This document shows, in pieces, positions 60,824-64,000 of a stretch of 64,000 nt of DNA. Origin of the DNA: Andalucia godoyi And28 (Eukaryota > Protista > Jakobida). Under the pieces are notes generated by a model. The model saw only the letters and a list, made by a program, of their open reading frames with translations. It searched no databases and was not told the origin of the DNA. Made by a program: the position numbers and the translations under genes. Location: positions 119,358 through 183,357 of the forward strand of contig VRVR01000034.1 of assembly GCA_009859145.1 (NCBI GenBank), in the 5' to 3' direction. The first letter of the stretch is position 1; the number at the start of each line of letters is the position of its first letter.

Positions 60824-62212
60824 ATGCAAACCACAGGACCTTCTTATTATACTGGCCCGCTTTCCGGGACGGTGTATCTGTGCCTGTCTGCATTGTCCTC
60901 TAGCGTGGCTTGTGACATTGCCTTTGTTCTCTTCTATTCTGTTTGCCCATTCATGTACATTGCGCCATTTTTCCAAGGGATCCTAATGGTTTTGAGCTAT
61001 TTCGTGTTTTTATTGTTTGGTCTTTTCTCGGAAAATATCGTGCGTCCGCGATTGTCAATCCCCTTGATACTCTACTCGTTTGCGGGAGGCTGCTGCGTCC
61101 AAACGTTGCGAGTGTGGGTTCTGTACAGCATTCCTTCTGTTCGCTATGTTTTCATTCTCTCGTTTATCGACTTTTTTTTTGGGTCGCTGTTTCTCGCCGC
61201 ATTTCAGAAGTTGCAGCGAGTGTCGGCAAGCACTATGTTTTTTGCGCTGCTAACAGCATGTGCGGCAGTGATGATGGCGTTCTTCGAGTTGCCGTCATTT
61301 GCCGCATCGGCTGATTGGTTTGTTTTAGTTCTGTATTGTGCGTACCGACTACTCTCGGTCGCATTTATTACTGGCGTGCATTCCTTCCTCCGCTTGCACT
61401 CCAATGGCCTTGAAACGGAAGGTTTGGCTATTCATCGACCCGGAGAGGACCTGTATCGTTTGCGCATTAACAGTTGTTTCGGATCTTTGTCAAGTTGCGC
61501 GGATGTCCTTGCGTTCGGTCCTTTAGATTTGATTGACATCCGTTTGTTATCCGAATCTGTTCCATCAGTCATGGCGGCTTGCTTCCTTTGTGGCTTTTAT
61601 GGGCAGTTTGATGGAATCCTTTCGTTTTCTGCAGTGGAGATTCTCCTGGCAGTTGTGCTTGCTTCGCAACCGCTGCTCAATTCTGCATGTCGTACGTTGT
61701 CCGTTGCTTCGACAAGTGACGCAATCCACGTCATGTCCAGGATCATGTTGATCGTCGGTTTTGCAGCGTATCTGGAATTCACTGGTTCTGCTGTAATTCG
61801 AAACATCTATGATGTCTATGTTGCTTTCGGCTGCCTTTTCTTTTGCTTTCTGGTTTTCTGGACAGACTTTCGCACTTCTCAGATTGAACATTCAAAACAT
61901 ATGCTGGAATTGCTGCGAACTTCCTCATTTGCTATTTCCAATAAGGACCGGGAATATATCCGGGATGCCTGCTCCATCTTCTCGTATGAGGAATTCTCGA
62001 TGACCGTTTTCAAAATACTTCTGCAGACTGGATCTCCGCGGAAATCAGTGGCCACTTTTGTTGAACCCGCCTTCTCTTCGAAAGTGTTGAGCATCCGCGA
62101 TCCTGAGGACGTCATCCGGATTCGAAACAGAAAACACAATCTGAAAAACGCTTTGGATCAAAGTTCTTTGCAAGATCCGGATTCAGAAGACGATTCGTGC
62201 TCGTCAGAATAA
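60824..62212 (+). CDS. Polytopic membrane protein (about 10 TM, DMT-like), unknown substrate
   Basis: 462-aa ORF with about ten hydrophobic helices and a soluble C-terminal tail. Confidence 0.6.
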   Translation: MQTTGPSYYTGPLSGTVYLCLSALSSSVACDIAFVLFYSVCPFMYIAPFFQGILMVLSYFVFLLFGLFSENIVRPRLSIPLILYSFAGGCCVQTLRVWVLYSIPSVRYVFILSFIDFFFGSLFLAAFQKLQRVSASTMFFALLTACAAVMMAFFELPSFAASADWFVLVLYCAYRLLSVAFITGVHSFLRLHSNGLETEGLAIHRPGEDLYRLRINSCFGSLSSCADVLAFGPLDLIDIRLLSESVPSVMAACFLCGFYGQFDGILSFSAVEILLAVVLASQPLLNSACRTLSVASTSDAIHVMSRIMLIVGFAAYLEFTGSAVIRNIYDVYVAFGCLFFCFLVFWTDFRTSQIEHSKHMLELLRTSSFAISNKDREYIRDACSIFSYEEFSMTVFKILLQTGSPRKSVATFVEPAFSSKVLSIRDPEDVIRIRNRKHNLKNALDQSSLQDPDSEDDSCSSE

Positions 62213-62736
62213 GGATGCAAAATCATAATCACAATATGCAGATGTCTCCGGATTGACATTACCCTCTGCGCCGGGTGACGCCGGAACAACTCCCAGACAT
62301 CTGCATCGTAAAGCTCGGGATCAATGAAGCGAGATAAGTATCCCAGCTCGGTAGGAGTTATCAGTGATCTGAAAAATTTTGCACACACACTGTGGCACAG
62401 AGCTTCGGTGCTGGTCACTGGAGTGGAAGCATGGTAAACATCCGAGTCGTTATTTACAGTGCAAAAGCCTTTGCAATGCGCCGAATGGCTGTTAATATTA
62501 CAAAATGAGTGTACCTGACAAATGTAAATGCAATAAGGAATTCCTTGTCGTTGCCGGTTTGGTGCGTCTTCGAAACAGCATTCGAGTGCGAGTGGTTTCG
62601 GTGAAATACCGTGCACATCGCGGTTAAGTCGTAAATACATGCATCCACAGCAGCGAACGCTCTTAGCAGGTCTCATACAAAAAGCAGAAATGCGATGAAA
62701 CACACATAAAACGACAGAATTCGAAAGAAAGAACAA
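62158..62736 (-). CDS. Possible coding fragment (hypothetical)
   Basis: 192-codon frame with a non-ATG start that overlaps the neighbouring gene's 3' end by 55 nt; exon structure unresolved. Confidence 0.25.
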   Translation of the reverse strand: MFFLSNSVVLCVFHRISAFCMRPAKSVRCCGCMYLRLNRDVHGISPKPLALECCFEDAPNRQRQGIPYCIYICQVHSFCNINSHSAHCKGFCTVNNDSDVYHASTPVTSTEALCHSVCAKFFRSLITPTELGYLSRFIDPELYDADVWELFRRHPAQRVMSIRRHLHIVIMILHPYSDEHESSSESGSCKEL

Positions 62737-64000
62737 CGTTCATAGGACAACAAGTCCTCAACAACACCGATCCACCAGAAAATTCTGGTGTTCATCGCTA
62801 CGTCCCACTAACGGCATGTTCAAAAAATCAAAAACCAGGGAAATCAGCGCGTGTTCGCTGTGGCCTTCTCATTTTGAATATGCGGAACGACTGAGCAGTT
62901 GGCACATTAAGAGAAAACATCTAATGGTGAGGCATCACTCTTTTTGGCAGTGAGGCCAGTGGAATCAGTGTCCGAAAATCTCAGCTTCGACTGCTTTTGT
63001 AGCTGTTACGAAAATCTGATGTAACAACTGACCTTCGTATTTGTTGCATTCAGATGGAAGGACGAGATCAAGAAAACAGTATTCAGTTAAGAATTAAGAT
63101 CTGAAAATGGGGGAATCGTCATAAGGATAAATCAACTTTGTGATACATGCGCCAGATGTCAGAAGAAGATGAGCAAAGGAGGACGTTGCAGAAAGACTTT
63201 ATCGTTGCCGCTATCTGGCAGTGGCTCGTTTGTGGCGATTAAGTGAATGAACATCCCGGAAACGTTATTCTTCTGTTCTCGGTATGAGGAAGCCTTCATG
63301 CCGCCCTAAACCTTTCGGAATGACGTCAGAGCACCATTTCTAAATGCCTCAAATATGAGCAGCTCTAATTTTTGATATGCTTTGAAGACTATTGCATCCT
63401 TCAAAAAACTCGAACCAACATTTTCGGTTGTCCACTCCCACTAATCAGTGGTCAGGCACACCCCTAAGGCCAGCTTCGCGTATTGCGACTGTCAGCGTTG
63501 TGACGGTGATTGAAGAACGCCCACCGAATCCTGTCAGCGCCTGTTCCTTTTTTTGCTTCAACTAAAAGCTGGCTCTCCGAGTTATGCGCTTATCTGTGCG
63601 ATGTGTCCCTTCCATATTTCTTATCTCTTTGGTTAGTACATCTCAAACGAGGCAGCTATCCAACCATTCCAGATACCGTATGCGAACGGAAATTGCAAAG
63701 CCTTCTCCTTCCCTTTGTGCATCGTTTCATGTTGTTTGTCTGCTGGAAAGTTTTCTTCCTGTCGCTTCCATTCCAGAAGGAAGTCGAAACTGGAAATTAT
63801 TTGCGTTTCTCTACTTTATATCCTGTTGACTGGCACTTGCCAATCAGTTTGGATGGCACACTGTTGATGCAACGGCTTCTGTGAAAACCACAGTGGTGTC
63901 CATCCTGCAGAAACGCATGCCGCCGACAAATCGCATGTTGCATTCTTCGGCCATTCACATTCGAATATCGTGACAGTATTTTTCTTCTGACAGGGAGCTT

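Noticed and set aside
63584-63950. TGA read-through or selenocysteine (FISC*LALANQ)
   Set aside because: No selenoprotein-like motif or SECIS seen, and confident genes in the window use TGA as a normal stop.

Overview
Gene-dense, intron-poor nuclear DNA from a unicellular eukaryote (standard genetic code, GT-AG introns, long microsatellites beside many start codons). It carries about 35 mostly housekeeping genes. A nucleus-encoded CcmE with a mitochondrial-type presequence points to a lineage that keeps System I cytochrome c maturation (e.g. jakobid/malawimonad-type flagellates); the taxon cannot be fixed from sequence alone. The main unannotated signal is a dispersed family of IS607/Fanzor2-type (TnpB-like, RNA-guided nuclease) relics in six intergenic spots: five Fanzor fragments (7664-8027, 17790-17965, 32780-33140, 49885-50294, 55439-55871) and one IS607-type serine-recombinase TnpA fragment (42331-42645). 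Two copies share an identical internal deletion junction, which suggests a non-autonomous derivative that was copied after the deletion. Three copies carry a hairpin whose structure is kept while its sequence differs, followed by a shared terminus AGTGTAnnnTGTAGG (full in two of these plus a near-match in a fourth copy, partial in the third). That terminus is complementary to an upstream GCCTAC loop, as expected for an omegaRNA scaffold. All copies are broken; no intact nuclease is present in this window. Also notable: a single-chain hydratase-dehydrogenase-thiolase fusion, a bacterial-type creatininase, a three-domain P-type lectin, an LRR plus multi-TM receptor, and a Rab32-like GTPase with His at the catalytic Gln position. 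Family assignments come from motif recognition by eye; no database searches were run.
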